A stretch of 63,837 nucleotides of DNA, counting the filler, from Atractiella rhizophila (taxonomy: Eukaryota): assembly GCA_021432655.1 (NCBI GenBank). It is 4 parts of 4 records of this genome, joined end to end, with 100 filler letters (N's around TTAATTAATTAA, not from the genome) between each part and the next. Parts side by side here need not be neighbours in the genome. Positions count along the whole stretch, not along the records: positions 1 to 16,090 come from MU271915.1; positions 16,191 to 32,202 come from MU271916.1; 2 more parts are not named here. One strand, given 5' to 3'. The position numbers and the translations under genes are program-made. How positions within the stretch are numbered: the stretch's first letter is position 1; every line of letters starts with the position of its first letter. Positions 13,101 to 25,238 of this stretch are shown piece after piece. Under the pieces are notes generated by a model, which worked only from the letters and a program-made list of their open reading frames with translations, had not been told where the DNA came from and made no database searches.

Positions 13101-15933
13101 GAGAGATCGGAAGCGGAAGGTCCTCTGGCAAAGTGATGACTTGCGAACTCGAAGCCCCTTCAGGAGTTGTTCTGGCCTTCCCTTTGCCATTTGACTTCTT
13201 ATTGGAAGGGATTATGAAATCTGGAGTAAATGCGGTCTGATTTGAGGGGAGAATCTTGATGATTAAACGGACGACACCGAGGCCTATCTTGTCCTTTCGG
13301 AACTCTAAGACCATCGCAGCTCCTATATGGCATGAGGTTGGGTTAAAAGAAAACTGGGAAAATCCACCTGCATGACCACTTTCCTCAGCCTGGATATCCT
13401 GCTGACCAGCAGTGAACTTACTCTCACCGTGCCTAAAAAATGTCATCCTGATATTTACACCATAAGAGAGGAGGAACACGCACCACATGAGAAACCTGAG
13501 GAGGCTTGACCAATTATCAGCCTCGATAGCCCAAGTGCTCAACTCTCTTTCGCTCTTATTCGATAGTTCCAATGTCCTTGGGAACTGACCGTCCTCTAAG
13601 GATGCTGGATTCAACTCAGTTCCAGCTGTATCTCCCCCTGGCCTTCCGAAGCGGACACCGGTGGCGAAGACAGCGTTCGTCGTGCGTTCTCCGTTGGGTA
13701 ATTCAGTGTTCTCGAGAGATTGTGGGTTGACCATCGGCGGCGATGGAACAGGTATCTGGTTCAACAGTACCGTAGAGGGTATCGTGGGTGTCGTTGAACG
13801 CGAAGGGGGGTCAGGTTGAAAGGCTGTTGGTTGCTGTGGTCGCGGCGCTGAAAACGTCGGCGATGGTATAGCAGTTGAACCATCAAGAAAGGAAGAACGT
13901 CGTGAAGTTGTAGGCTCTGTGACTTCTTCAATAGTGTACATAGAAAAGTTGTCGTGAGGTATTTCGGCGTTGACGAAGTCACCCTCTCCTTCCTGTGTAG
14001 ATGTGGGAGAAGATGGGGCGGGATTGGGGTCATCTGAAGTTGAGGAACCTGAGCTGTTGCGAGAGTTCGAAGGCTGCTTGTTTGTCTGAGTGGCATGAAA
14101 GGGAGAAGAGGGTTGATCATCAACAGGCGAAGCTATGGCACTGGGTGACCTAATCAACGTTGTGGTAGATGATACAAGGCTTGGGGAGCCTGGACGTCTC
14201 GCAATATCCCACTGGTCCCTATTAAGGCTGGACTTTCGCCGTAAGGAAGAAGGTGATGTTGGAGATTCACGGCGTTCTTCCTGCTTTTCTGAAGGCGATT
14301 GGGTGGAGGTCGGAGAAGTCCGTATAGGCGGAGGTTTTGGAGGAGGTAACTTGGGAGATCGATTTGTTAGATCAGATTTGAGGTCGTTAAGAGGAGATCT
14401 GGAACGCATGGCAGGGAGCAGGATGAGAGGTGAAGACCAAGCTGCCCCGTTCTCTCCGTGGGATGGCTTATGACCGTCAATCCGCTCCACAGCCGAAGTC
14501 TCCTTCTCTAACCTCGCTCTCCGTAACCGCTCCTCTTCTCTACTTAGTCGTAGAGCTAGTTCAAACGTCTCCTCTTCCTGCCGCGCAACATCGATAGGAC
14601 TGAAACCATTGTCTAGAGGAGCTGCGCCAGGTGGTAACCAGCCATGTTGACCTCCCGGATTTGCCCACAGATGACCTGACTTCTCATTTCCAGGTCCGAA
14701 GAGAGTTGGTGTCCCCAACAACTGGGAATAGAAGTTAGGTTGAGCAGATAGAACATAAGTCAGCGGTTGATCTGTTTCCGCACGCGGGGGTGAATGTGGA
14801 GGATTTGTATCGTCTTCTTCCTGCATGCCCAAAGAAATGTCAGCCATAACTATTCCAGTGCCAGTTTATATGATGAGGAATTGGCCACAGTTGCGAATAA
14901 TGGCATTCTCATGACCGTGGGGGAGATGGTGCAGCGTGTATTCCAGAGAAAAAGGCTGGTCAACGCCGTTCAAAGAGCAACCAAAAGATGTTGACGTCCG
15001 ACTCGTAAGAGATTGACGTACATTCTTCTGTCTATCCTGTCCCCCTTTCCTACTGTTCTCTGGGAAATGCCGTAGTGTGTCCCGTTCCTCGACTGCAGCT
15101 GGCTCCTCCTCTTTCTCCGGCCGTTGCCTCTCCCTCTTCTTCGTGAACGCAGTTTGCTCCCCTCTCAGCCTACCGACCTGGTCCGCAGGTTCTCCCAGAG
15201 TTGCTTTAAATAATCCCAGCTTCGTCAACAGTCGTGAAAACTCATGAGTAGACAGCGCCGTCGATTCGTTTGCTCCTGCAGAAGCCAAAGGAGTATCAAC
15301 ACCGTTATTCGTTGACTGGCTACTGGAGGACGAAGCCCTGCGTCTATGACGTCGCTTAAAGAGGGAGGCCAATCCGTTGAAATCTACATCTCTGTCTGAT
15401 GGCACATTAACGGTTGGAGATGGTGGTGTTACAGAGACGGCTAGGAAGGGAGGCGACGGTGAGACCTCCAGAAAGGAGCTGATGGAATGCCGCAGTCGCG
15501 GCTTAGAGAGAGAGTCTTTGAGGCGGCTCACTGGGCCGACGAGGAGCGGAAGCGCTGAACTGGACTTTGGGCGCGGAAGCGTGCTCACAGGTGCACTTGT
15601 GGTTGGGTTCGACAGTCGGCTGGAGCTCGACGGGTAGGAGAAAGTTGTGGCTGTTGTAGGAATGGTAGTGACGGAAGTGGGAGGAGCGGAGGTGAGAGGG
15701 AATGCGAAGAAGTCGCTCGATGTCGAAGGAGATGCAGCATGTGTCCCGACCGAATTTAGTGAGGCAGAGCGCTTCCTATTCTGAGAATGGCTTTGGATGG
15801 ATGGAGAGGGCGACAGGTGATAGTAACAGAACTCTTCTGTATCAGCCGAGATAATGCTATAGTGGGACCTTCTGTCAGCGTTAGTGGTGGCCATTGGGCT
15901 AATCGAAGGTTCAGAATCTGGGGACGCCTTCAA
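10101..15933 (-). CDS. Ser/Pro-rich hypothetical protein with a ubiquitin-interacting motif-like helix; internally duplicated by the tandem repeat
   Basis: ORFs 14866..15933 and 12766..14847 are in one frame, separated by a single TAA inside a likely intron (GTACGT...GCTGAC...ATGCAG). EEETFELALRLSREEE fits the UIM consensus. The true 3' end may extend below 10101 through a last intron. Confidence 0.6.
10128..15409. repeat. Head-to-tail tandem duplication of 2641 bp (10128-12768 and 12769-15409)
   Basis: Constant offset of 2641 throughout; about 17 substitutions counted by eye; no indels seen. Confidence 0.97.
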
Positions 15934-16090
15934 TGGAGATTCGAAGACTGTATCTTCCCCTCAAAAGATAAGTAACAGAGACGAAGCACATCGCCCTTCG
16001 AAGCTATCTAAGTATCCCCACGGTATTTTCGTCCCTCCAAGGACATTGGGAATCCGCCGAAGTCATGCCATCCCTTTTGCCGAGCGAAGG

Positions 16091-16190
16091 NNNNNNNNNN
16101 NNNNNNNNNNNNNNNNNNNNNNNNNNNNNNNNNNTTAATTAATTAANNNNNNNNNNNNNNNNNNNNNNNNNNNNNNNNNNNNNNNNNNNN
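16091..16190. other. Artificial contig linker (N44-TTAATTAATTAA-N44)
   Basis: Six-frame stop linker flanked by Ns; identical at three places. Confidence 0.98.
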
Positions 16191-16700
16191 TCTAATTGAG
16201 GAGCATAGCTCGAGAGGCAATGTTCCTTACCACTCGGTCATCAGCACTTAAGCTTCGAATCGCTGCTCTTAAATCTCGTCGGTGTAAAGGAGGTCCAGAC
16301 AACAAGGGCCTGTGTCCGGAAATCTTCCTCAATGTTGTCGCAGACAAACTCGCTTATACTGCTGTGATGTTCATCAACATTGAGCTGTTAGCAGAATTCT
16401 TCTATCAAGTCTGTCCTATTTTGAGCCCCGAGTGCTTTCTTGCTAATGCGAATCGTCTAGTTTCCTCGGGAGATTGACAATCGTCTTTCGTACGACCTTG
16501 ACCGGTCAGAAATCAGTAGATTCGCTCGAGAGAATCCCGCGGTGAAGAAGCACCTCGATCTTCAGGAACGGAAAGAAAAACTCGAACTCGTAATGGAGAA
16601 GCTGGACAGTTTAGTCAAGCTACAGGCAGAACAGAAGCATGGGGGTCAAGCACGCCCTTCAGCTCGAGAACGGAAAGGTCTCTTCGGACTATTTTCGTAG
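16191..16700 (+). CDS. MGM1: Mitochondrial dynamin-like GTPase Mgm1/Msp1, C-terminal part (5' truncated by contig end)
   Basis: [14 protein letters not shown]...[32 protein letters not shown], intron, then FPREIDNRL...[28 protein letters not shown]; stop at 16698-16700. Confidence 0.9.
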
Positions 16701-16960
16701 AGACGTCGAAGGTGTCTGTACAATGCTGTTTCGTTCGTCTAGTGAATGTATTTGACGTTCTTGTTTCTAATTTTCACCCTTGATAATTCTTCCAATGTTA
16801 AACGACTAGATAATACCAGTCACACCTACTCTGCCATTGAGGCAATCTGAATGGATAGAATAAATTTCATTCTTGCATCTACCTACAAGGTAGTTAACAC
16901 GTTGGGTATCAGGGACAAAGGAACACCAGATGGCTACATGATACAAGAGTGTTGATGCTG

Positions 16961-18350
16961 CTAGATATTGAACTCATCACCAATGAAGTGGGCAAAGAGT
17001 TTCATCTTCACATCCACATGCATATCAGGGGTCTTGCCAGGGATGTTGTACAGTAACCGGTCCACTCTCTTCCTGCAAGCACAATTAGATGAGAGGGCTC
17101 ACAATATAGGCACATGTGCAGATACTTACCTGATATGTACTCAAGGGTTCTTCTTGTTTCGGGTAACAGGTCATAGACAACCTCCATCTTTGGTGGTGGA
17201 TCTAGAGATGCCAACAAGTATCGACCAGCTTAAAGCCTGATTTGTAACTTGTTGTGACCTTTGACACAGGTACCCTGTACTCATGAGTGCAACTCACGGG
17301 TACCCTTGTATTAACTTAGACTCTACTCATCAACATTGTTGAAGCTATGGTATAAAGGCTTAATCTGCACTGTTGGTAAATGACTGGTCATTCTAGCTCA
17401 ATGGTTAATCCCACGTGGTAGCAAGAGAGTGAGAAATGTACTTTCTACCACTTTGCACTAACAATCCCCAATCACTTATTAGTGAGTGCAAATGATATAA
17501 ATGAATATGTGATTGGGGAGAAAGAAAAGGAAAGAAAACACATCAAGCATACCTATAAGTCCGGACTAGCGGTGAAGTGCACATGTTTGGCACGGCATCC
17601 GGAACGCAATGCAAATAGAACAAACAAGTGACATCCACAGATCTCCAACAAACATAATTTTACAGTTTAGGCACATTAGTTTACATAGATGACTTATTGT
17701 ACATTACTTATGGCTTAAACACCACTATTACTTGTATCTCAGAGTCAGATAAGCCATTTTGAATGTAAAAAAGATCAAAAATTGATATAAAACTCTCTTT
17801 AACTCTTTCAAACAAGTACTCCACGGGTACCTGCCATTTCAGGACATATGCTCATGAGTACTCTTAGGTACGTAGCAGAGAACATGAATGGGTACCCCTG
17901 ATGAAAATTTACCCTCTGTAGCTGATTTGTAACTTGTTGTGCACAGGTCCTGTGGCACAAGTACCCATGAGTACCATACTCATTGACATCTCTAGGCGGA
18001 TCACAGGGGTGAGGGAACATTGGAGGTGACCCTTGTGGAGGAAGTACTGCTGGTATGGAGAGGAGGGTTGGGACGTATGAGGCAATTGGCCATCCCTGGC
18101 TTGCCCACTGAGGCATGTGACAATCCCATACTACAGCACAAGTTACTACTCATCCTGTTACAGAAGCAGTGAGGCACTCATGTTTACTGTTGGCAGCCTG
18201 CATGTTGTGCAAGGTGGCCTCATTGTGGAACATCTTCCATTGGAAGTCGTGAACGGTATCTTGGTGCTGCTCAATTCAGCCTCTGTTCGTTGCATCTCAT
18301 GCTCCCCTGTGCCCTTGCCCACTCCTGTGTTGTATGTGAAAGGCAAACGA
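16961..18350 (-). pseudogene. Degenerate Mug135-like protein gene interrupted by the hAT-type MITE
   Basis: Removing 17203-17994 and one TSD copy joins FPHPCDPP to PKMEVV in frame. C-terminus YNIPGKTPDMHVDVKMKLFAHFIG matches the neighbouring paralog. Stops and frameshifts present; 5' end approximate. Confidence 0.55.
17203..17994. mobile_element. Non-autonomous hAT-type DNA transposon (MITE), 792 bp
   Basis: TIRs TAGAGATGCCAA / TTGACATCTCTA (11/12 match). 8-bp TSD GGTGGATC (17195-17202) / GGCGGATC (17995-18002). Subterminal GGGTACCC-type motifs and a repeated TGATTTGTAACTTGTTGTG. Confidence 0.9.
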
Positions 18351-18475
18351 AAACAAAGTGAGAAACCTTATGGGCAGGCTAGGATTGTGGCAAGGTGCTA
18401 AAGTTTAAAACAACACCACAGCTTGGAACCAATGACGGAAAAGAAAACCACCACATTGCACCACACCCAGTCACG

Positions 18476-19138
18476 ATGGAACCACCGATGGCCAACCTCA
18501 GAGTCAACTTGAGAGCCGCATCGAGGACTTTCCTAAATATTTCAGAGAATCTGGAAAACTTGTACGAACACTTTGACAACCGACCAACTTGGGCCCACAA
18601 TCAGCAACAATTGCTACAGCAAATCCAGGCAGATCAACAACGAGCATTGCACCATCTCAATTGGGCCAAATACCTGAGGAAAATTGAAATGTACAACCTG
18701 AAGGTTGCACAGCAACAAGTGTAAGTACTTCTTTTCCATGTGAGCCATGGTGAATGATAACTGGAACCATTGTCAGGGCTGAATGGTCCATTGCTTGAGT
18801 CCATAACTCCAATGTTGACCTCCATACGACACCACTGACCCAACTCAATATCAAGAGGAAGTGGCTCCACCTATCCCAGCCTTCTTGCCTGGGGTAGCTC
18901 CACCCATCCCTCCTCCCTTCAACCCCCCTCCTTTAAATGCAGCATCTTACAACCTTTGGGTCAGGTTAGAAACCTCTCTGGTAAGTGTGCTCTAGAATCA
19001 GACCCCATGCTTAGTTGCATTACAGTTGAAGCCATGAATGAGTTGATTGCGGCGTATGGTATTCAAGTACCAGCTCGCCAAATGACGGTACAGGACAAAC
19101 AACGTCTCTTCAGCCACTTCATTGGTGCGAAGTATTGA
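18476..19138 (+). pseudogene. Mug135-like coiled-coil protein gene with an in-frame stop
   Basis: Q-rich coiled coil; two introns; SIA*VHNS with TGA at 18796-18798 where Arg is expected; C-terminus LIAAYGI...KQRLFSHFIG. Family call from motif memory. Confidence 0.55.
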
Positions 19139-20445
19139 GTCACTCCTTTTGAATCATGAATCCATTACAAGGTGTTATACTGTATTCTGTATCTGTTTCA
19201 CAATTCTTAGCCAGAGTTCACAATATCTTATCATCTATTCCTCTAAGATTCATCAGTTCTTGGTGTGAGTCATAAAACGCACTTTTGAGCCTTCATACCT
19301 CTCTCACCAGGCACATTGAAATGAAATGAAGTACACCATCTTACTGCATATGTTTGCGCCTTTCTGAAAGTGCAAGGAAATTTTATTTTAAAGTTATGAA
19401 AAAAAGGGTTTCCTCCTGGATTTGAACCAGTGAAGAGGCCCACAAAGCTGATAATGCCGTGCGCAGCAGCCCCACAAATTTCATGCTGTGCTGGAAGCGC
19501 CTTACGCAATTTCTACAGCGCGTTTTGGGTTTTTTCAGGTTGTGTGCCAGAAGAACATGTTTGCCTACCATGAGGGGAAGAAAGTGAGCACATGTGAGTT
19601 GGAATATACTCCTTTACATTATGTTCTCATGCCATCTTAGAATCATCATGCCCCATCCTAAGAAAAAGAAACTAACGCATCCATGCTCAGCAACAAAGGT
19701 GGGAGGAGAGCCCATCAGATACACCTCAGGTTGCTCCACGTCACTCAGAAAGACGTCATGCGGGATTGCCGCAGGTTACACAACCGACACCACCTCAGCA
19801 TTTGACCTGTCAAATTCGTATGCAGCAACAGCAGGAGGATGAACCTCCTAGAGAACACTGATGCTGACAGCAGCTAGAACCTCCATCTTTACGTGAAGAA
19901 TTCAATGACAGTTCCTCTGATGGACAATAAGAGGGAGTATTTGAGAATACTGATCTGCCTGATCAAACAGTGGTAGCTCCTTGGGATACAAGACGAAATC
20001 AGCATCCTTTTCTCGCATTCAACTATGTAGCAGACACAGTGGAGGCAATCCGACTTTCGGGCTAGAATGAATCCTTTTGCTCAGAATGTAGTCCCTTTCA
20101 TTGGCTGGCTTGAGGAATGGATAGCCAGGAGCTCTAAACGGAATCCTTATGTCCTTTGTTGGTTTACAGCTCATATCAATGTGGAACTCTGCATCTCCAT
20201 CAAATATGTCAAATACCTGTTCAAATGCATCTACAAAGGAAATGATCAGGCACAAGCTATCCTTCATAGCACCCGAGGTGATGATAGGGTGGTGGATATG
20301 TTGAGACTAGGATTCTTCCTATCACACTGGGAAGCGTGAAGGGAAAAAAACCTTGTGAGGGGGGTATATGTGTATTTTACATTGCGGGGCATTGCGGGGC
20401 ATTCATGTGACCATAATTGTCACTGTTTGTCGCTTATCTCCAACA

Positions 20446-20457
20446 CTCCCACTCGAC
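20446..20457 (-). promoter_or_regulatory. Polypurine tract of the Copia element
   Basis: Minus strand TCGAGTGGGGAG directly abuts the 3' LTR TG. Confidence 0.85.
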
Positions 20458-20507
20458 AAAACAGTGATGCTGAAATCGCAAAATCAAAAACTCGTAAAAA
20501 TCAAAAA

Positions 20508-23500
20508 CTAAGAAGTTGTTCTCCCACTCGATGAAGCAGTGCTTGGTTTTGACACCAAAGATAGTAAACTGCAGAGATATTCGTGTTTCCCTTTTTCTAA
20601 TGGTTTCGTGAAGATGTCTGCAATCATTTCTGTTGTGGGGCAGTATCTGAAATCGAGGATATTGTTCGCTTGTGCCTCTCTGATCCAAAATAACTTGATG
20701 TCCACATGCTTCATTCGTGAAAAATGTTCTGGGTCGTGTGCATTTTCAAGAGCTGCTTTGTTATCGTTAAATATTGGTAGTGCCCGTTCTTGCTTTCTTC
20801 CCATTTCTTCAAATAAACTCCGATACCAAACTCCTTCTACTCCACCATGTGTCATCGCTAAGAACTCGGCATTTCCTGTGGAGAGTGCTACTCCATCTTG
20901 CCGTTTGCTACTCCAACTGATCGGTCCTTTGCCTAAGAAGAAGGCAAAACCCGACGTTGATCGTCGCGTGTCTAAGTCTCCGGCATAATCCGCATCTGTG
21001 TATCCGCAGAAAAACGGACGGGAGTCCCCTTCACTTTGTAGGCCATATTCCAAACAATAATGTTTCGTGGTTCGCAGGTAACGTAAAACTCTCTTGACTG
21101 CCTCCCAATGCTTCGGCCCTGGATTAGAAGAAAATTTCCCAAGGTGACCCACAACCCAAGCTATGTCAGGGCGCGTTGCAATAGCAAGATAGATTAAGCT
21201 TCCTATCGCATTTAGATATGGGACCTTTTTCATATATTCAATCTCTTCCAGTGTGTTTGGGCAATCTGCTTTTGAGAGCATGTTCCCTGAGTCGTAAGGA
21301 GTGGAGACTGGACGACCTTCATCTGTCATATTGTACCGCTTCAGCACTGCATCAAGATATCGATGTTGATGCAGGTACAGTCGACGATTTGGACGATCTC
21401 TGGCTATCTCAATTCCAAGGTAAAGGCTGGCATCACCATTTTCAACCATTCGATAACGAGTGTGGAGCTTCTGTTTGACACGATCCATTATAGCTCGGTC
21501 ATTTGAAGCAAGAAGAAAGTCATCAATATGTACTGGTGTTATAACGAATTTTCCGTTCTTTTCCCAGACATAGATTGAATGATCACTTTTACACCTCTTG
21601 AAACCATCCTCAACAAGTGTTTTATCAAGGTCTCTGTTCCAGCAACGTGCTGATTGATGAAGGCCATAAAGTGACTTCTTCAATTTCAACACCATGCCTT
21701 CGGGAACATCTAGACCAGGAGGAGGTTCCATAAAGACTTCTTCTTCTAGATCACTGTTTAGGAAAGCAGTGACCGCATCCATTGTCTCACACTCGAGATC
21801 TTCAATGGCTACCAGGGACAAAATGGCACGGATGGCTGCCAATCGTGCTGTTGGTGCAAAGACTTTATCGTAGTCTATTCCAGGGATTTGACTGTACCCT
21901 AGTGCCACAACACGAGCCTTAGGCTTTGTCCCCCCCTCAGGTAGTATCTTGTCAGAATACACCCATCTGCTACCAACAACCGACTTTTGCTTTGGTCGAG
22001 GATGCAGTTCCCACGTTTGGTTCCGCTCATGAGATGCTAGTTCTATGTCCATGGCTCCCACCCATTTAGGGTCTTTGGCAGCTTTGATATAAGAGGATGG
22101 AACAGTAGCATTCATGGCCCAGTGCAACAGCTTCTCTCCTGCAGCTGAATCACCAGCTTGCATAGCCACCTCAATGTTGTGTTGCGTAGAACCATCATAG
22201 CTTAGCCTGCGAACAGGTTGACGCTGTCTTTGGGGCCTTACTGCAACTTGAGGTTCATCTCTATCTCGCTCTAGAGTATTGGCTATGGGGAACTCTTCTT
22301 GTGGCAAGAGGGTAGGAATTGATCTAGATGTTTGATCTTCATCTTCGTCCTGGGCAAGTTCAACAGGCTTGCCTTTAGACAGATCAGGGACATCCGCCGT
22401 TGGAGATGTTTGTTCAGGAGCTATGGATCTACGATTCGAATACTCATCGAAGATCACATCACGACTGACTATCACCTTCTGGTTATCTGGATTCCAGAAT
22501 CTCCATGCTTTTACACCTTCTTCATATCCCAGGAAAATGCATTTTGCAGTCTTTGACTCAAACGGACGTCTATCCTTCTTGGGAATAAGAACATAGGCAG
22601 TGCATCCAAAAACTCGGAGGTGTGATACTGAAGGTTTCCTCTTGAAGAGCACTTCGTATGGTGTAGTTGTATCCATCAATGCCCGTGTTGGCAGTCTTCG
22701 GATAACATGAACAAGAGTAGCAAGTGCTTCACCCCAAAAGCTTGGTGGTAGACTAGACTCTGAGAGCATTGAAGTGATTCGTTCTTCAAGAGTTCGATTG
22801 ATACGTTCAGCAACACCATTCTGTTGAGGAGATGCTGTAGCAGTCTGCTGACGAATGATTCCGGATTCTTTGAGAAATGCGTCAAATTCGAGGGAGGAGT
22901 ATTCTCCCCCTGCATCATCTCTGATTTTCTTAAGCTGCTGTCCAGTCTGCTTCTCTGCCATCGTCTTGAAGTCACGAAAAGCTTGATATGCTTCGCTTTT
23001 CTTTCGGAGAAGGTATACCCATGGGTATCGGGAATGGTCATCTACAAAGGTCATCCAATATCGAAATCCCCTTGCAGTCCTAACCGGCATAGGTCCCTTT
23101 AAATCGGTATGCACAAGCTCAAGAACTTGTGAGCTCCTGCTGGTAGATAATTTGGGAAATGGATGGCGATGTTGTTTTCCTTTGATGCAACTTTCACACA
23201 TCTCAGGAAATCCTGTTTTGCTATCCATGCGCATATCTTTAACCAGATCCTTTTGTATAACCAGATCCAGTCGATCTTTCCCTATGTGACAGAGACGGCG
23301 ATGCCATAGGTCCAAGTCGTGAGTATGACATGACTGAGCCTTAGCTTCTGTACGTGCGAGACTTAGGAACTGAGTGTTAACCTCTGTTATTCCGTCCAAA
23401 GTGGCAACCTTGTCCTCTATTGTTGCTGTGAATCGAATCTTTCCCTTTTTCGAGAACTTTTATAAAGTTCTCACGGATAACAATTACGTATTGTTTTTAG

Positions 23501-24733
23501 GGAGAAGACTGAGAGGAGATTTGATTTCAACTTCGGAACGTAGAGAACATTTCTGATAACTATTGGCTTTGTAGGTTTTTTGTTTGAACGGAAATATATC
23601 GATCCTTTTCCTTCGGAGTAGATGATGGTTCCATCTGCAAGTTCGATCGGAATGCGATGGTTCTGGTAATCATTCTGAATCCAATGGCGATGAGGCGTCA
23701 TAGGAGCTGTGGCTCCAGTGTCTACCGTCCATCTTACATCAGCCTTCTCCATCGCTCCATTCGCAAGCAATGCTCGTACTCTGGCAGTCTTTCCAGCCTT
23801 CACCACCTTCAATTTTTCTTTATTTTCTTCCTCGGAGTCACCAGATGATGGTTCCTCCTTTGAGCCACTAGCAACCTTTGCCTTTGCCATCCTTTTTCTT
23901 ATCCTCTCGTTCCTTTTTGAAGGTATCTTGGGCCTTCTTTCTGAAACGACACTCTGCCTCGGTATGATTATTGTATCCACAGAATGTGCAACTGAGGCTT
24001 GAAGGAGGTTTATTCGATATAGTCGTAGGCAGCTTCTTCGAGGATGGTTGGACACGCATAGCTATTTCTGACTTCGCTTCTGACCTCTTCTTTTCTCCTT
24101 CCTCTTTCCTAAATGCATCTTCCACCTCTGCGATCGTAAGGTCTTCGGAACTGATTCGGAGAGTTGTAAGAAGGACTTGATATTCATCGTATGGAAGGGA
24201 ACGGAGGAGTGTCATGATCGCAAGTTCGTTATCCATCTTTGCCAAGGTATAACCAGTTGGACGAAGCTTTTGAATGAGACTGATTTGTTCGTTGACTTTC
24301 GTAATGAGTTGTTCCATTGACATCTCTGCCGTCTTGCGTCTTGCGAATATCGAGAAGATCATCAAAAGCATTGAATCGAGCATTGCGTTCAGGCTTGACA
24401 TGGATTTCTTTTAGCTTTTCCCAAACAAGCTTCGGATCCGTGATGTCAGTGATATGGTGTCGCTGACTATTCTCAATCGAAAGACGTAGATATCCCATAG
24501 CTGCTTCTTTTCGCTCATCCCAATCTGTCTGTCTCTTCTCCACTTCAAGTTGCTTCTGATAATCGATACTCGTAGGTTTCTCAGGAAGAGAATGGTCTAC
24601 AGGACGAGTTTCTGTCCCAAGAATGATTCTCCCTGCTCGTTTCGTCTGGAGGAAGGGCAAAGATTTCTTCGGACCATATTGCGTAGTTTGTATCATTGAG
24701 TTTTTCAGAGACGAAAGTGGAAGCGTAAGACAT
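20508..24733 (-). CDS. Copia gag-pol polyprotein; IN-RT-RNaseH part is open (963 aa), gag/protease part is frameshifted
   Basis: KLNDTNYAIW (gag), CTFCGYNNHTEAEC (zinc knuckle), VDTGAT (protease), LWHRRLCH...CESC, VHTDL, QQNGVAER (integrase), KARVVALG, KSLYGLHQS, HIDDFL (RT), YTDADYAGD...ADIFTKPL (RNase H). Confidence 0.93.
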
Positions 24734-25226
24734 CTTGAGACTAATCTGCGGTTTATTGATAGGTTGTTTGGAATGAGATATACAGTTTGTAACCAAACTT
24801 AACAAGAACTCCAAAGTTGAGGGTTACTGCACTATTATAGGATGATTGACGTCCTTGCTATGTGATAAAGCAGTCTAAAAGACTGTCTGACAATATCACA
24901 AGGGCGTACTGTAAAACAGAGGTCCCAAGAAGAAGGCCTATGGACTTCTTCCGTGACTTGGTACGTTGCCTGGTGTAGAGACTTGTTTACAGTTTCCAAA
25001 TGCAGCACTCCAACACAACTCCTTTATCCTTATCAAGATTTGATCACTCACTGTTGATAGTACCTTCAGCTCCTAGTCAGAATACGCCGATCCTGCTAGT
25101 CTAGGGTATGCACCGATCCCCTGCTGAAAATAATCTAATCTCCAACCCCTGCTCCTTGTTGATAGGGTCCAAAGTCTGTTGTTAGGTGCGGGTGCGAGAT
25201 AAGGGTTTTCTCCCGGCTAGAGTGTT

Positions 25227-25238
25227 GGGCTCATAACC
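25227..25238 (-). promoter_or_regulatory. Primer binding site complementary to the anticodon arm of initiator tRNA-Met (half-tRNA priming, copia/Ty5 type)
   Basis: Minus strand GGTTATGAGCCC immediately follows the 5' LTR CA; it is the complement of GGGCUCAUAACC. Confidence 0.9.

Noticed and set aside
14848..14868. Possible stop-codon readthrough between two in-frame ORFs
   Set aside because: Better explained by an intron with a GTACGT donor and GCTGAC...ATGCAG acceptor spanning the TAA.
16135..16146. TTAATTAATTAA palindrome repeated three times in the window
   Set aside because: Embedded in N runs; an artificial six-frame stop linker, not biological.
19380..19500. Complete tRNA gene on the minus strand
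   Set aside because: Only a T-arm/B-box-like part is present; no D arm, anticodon arm or acceptor stem could be folded.
23430..24660. Programmed ribosomal frameshifting in Copia gag-pol
   Set aside because: About five separate shifts, several inside gag, fit indels or sequencing errors better than a single programmed site.
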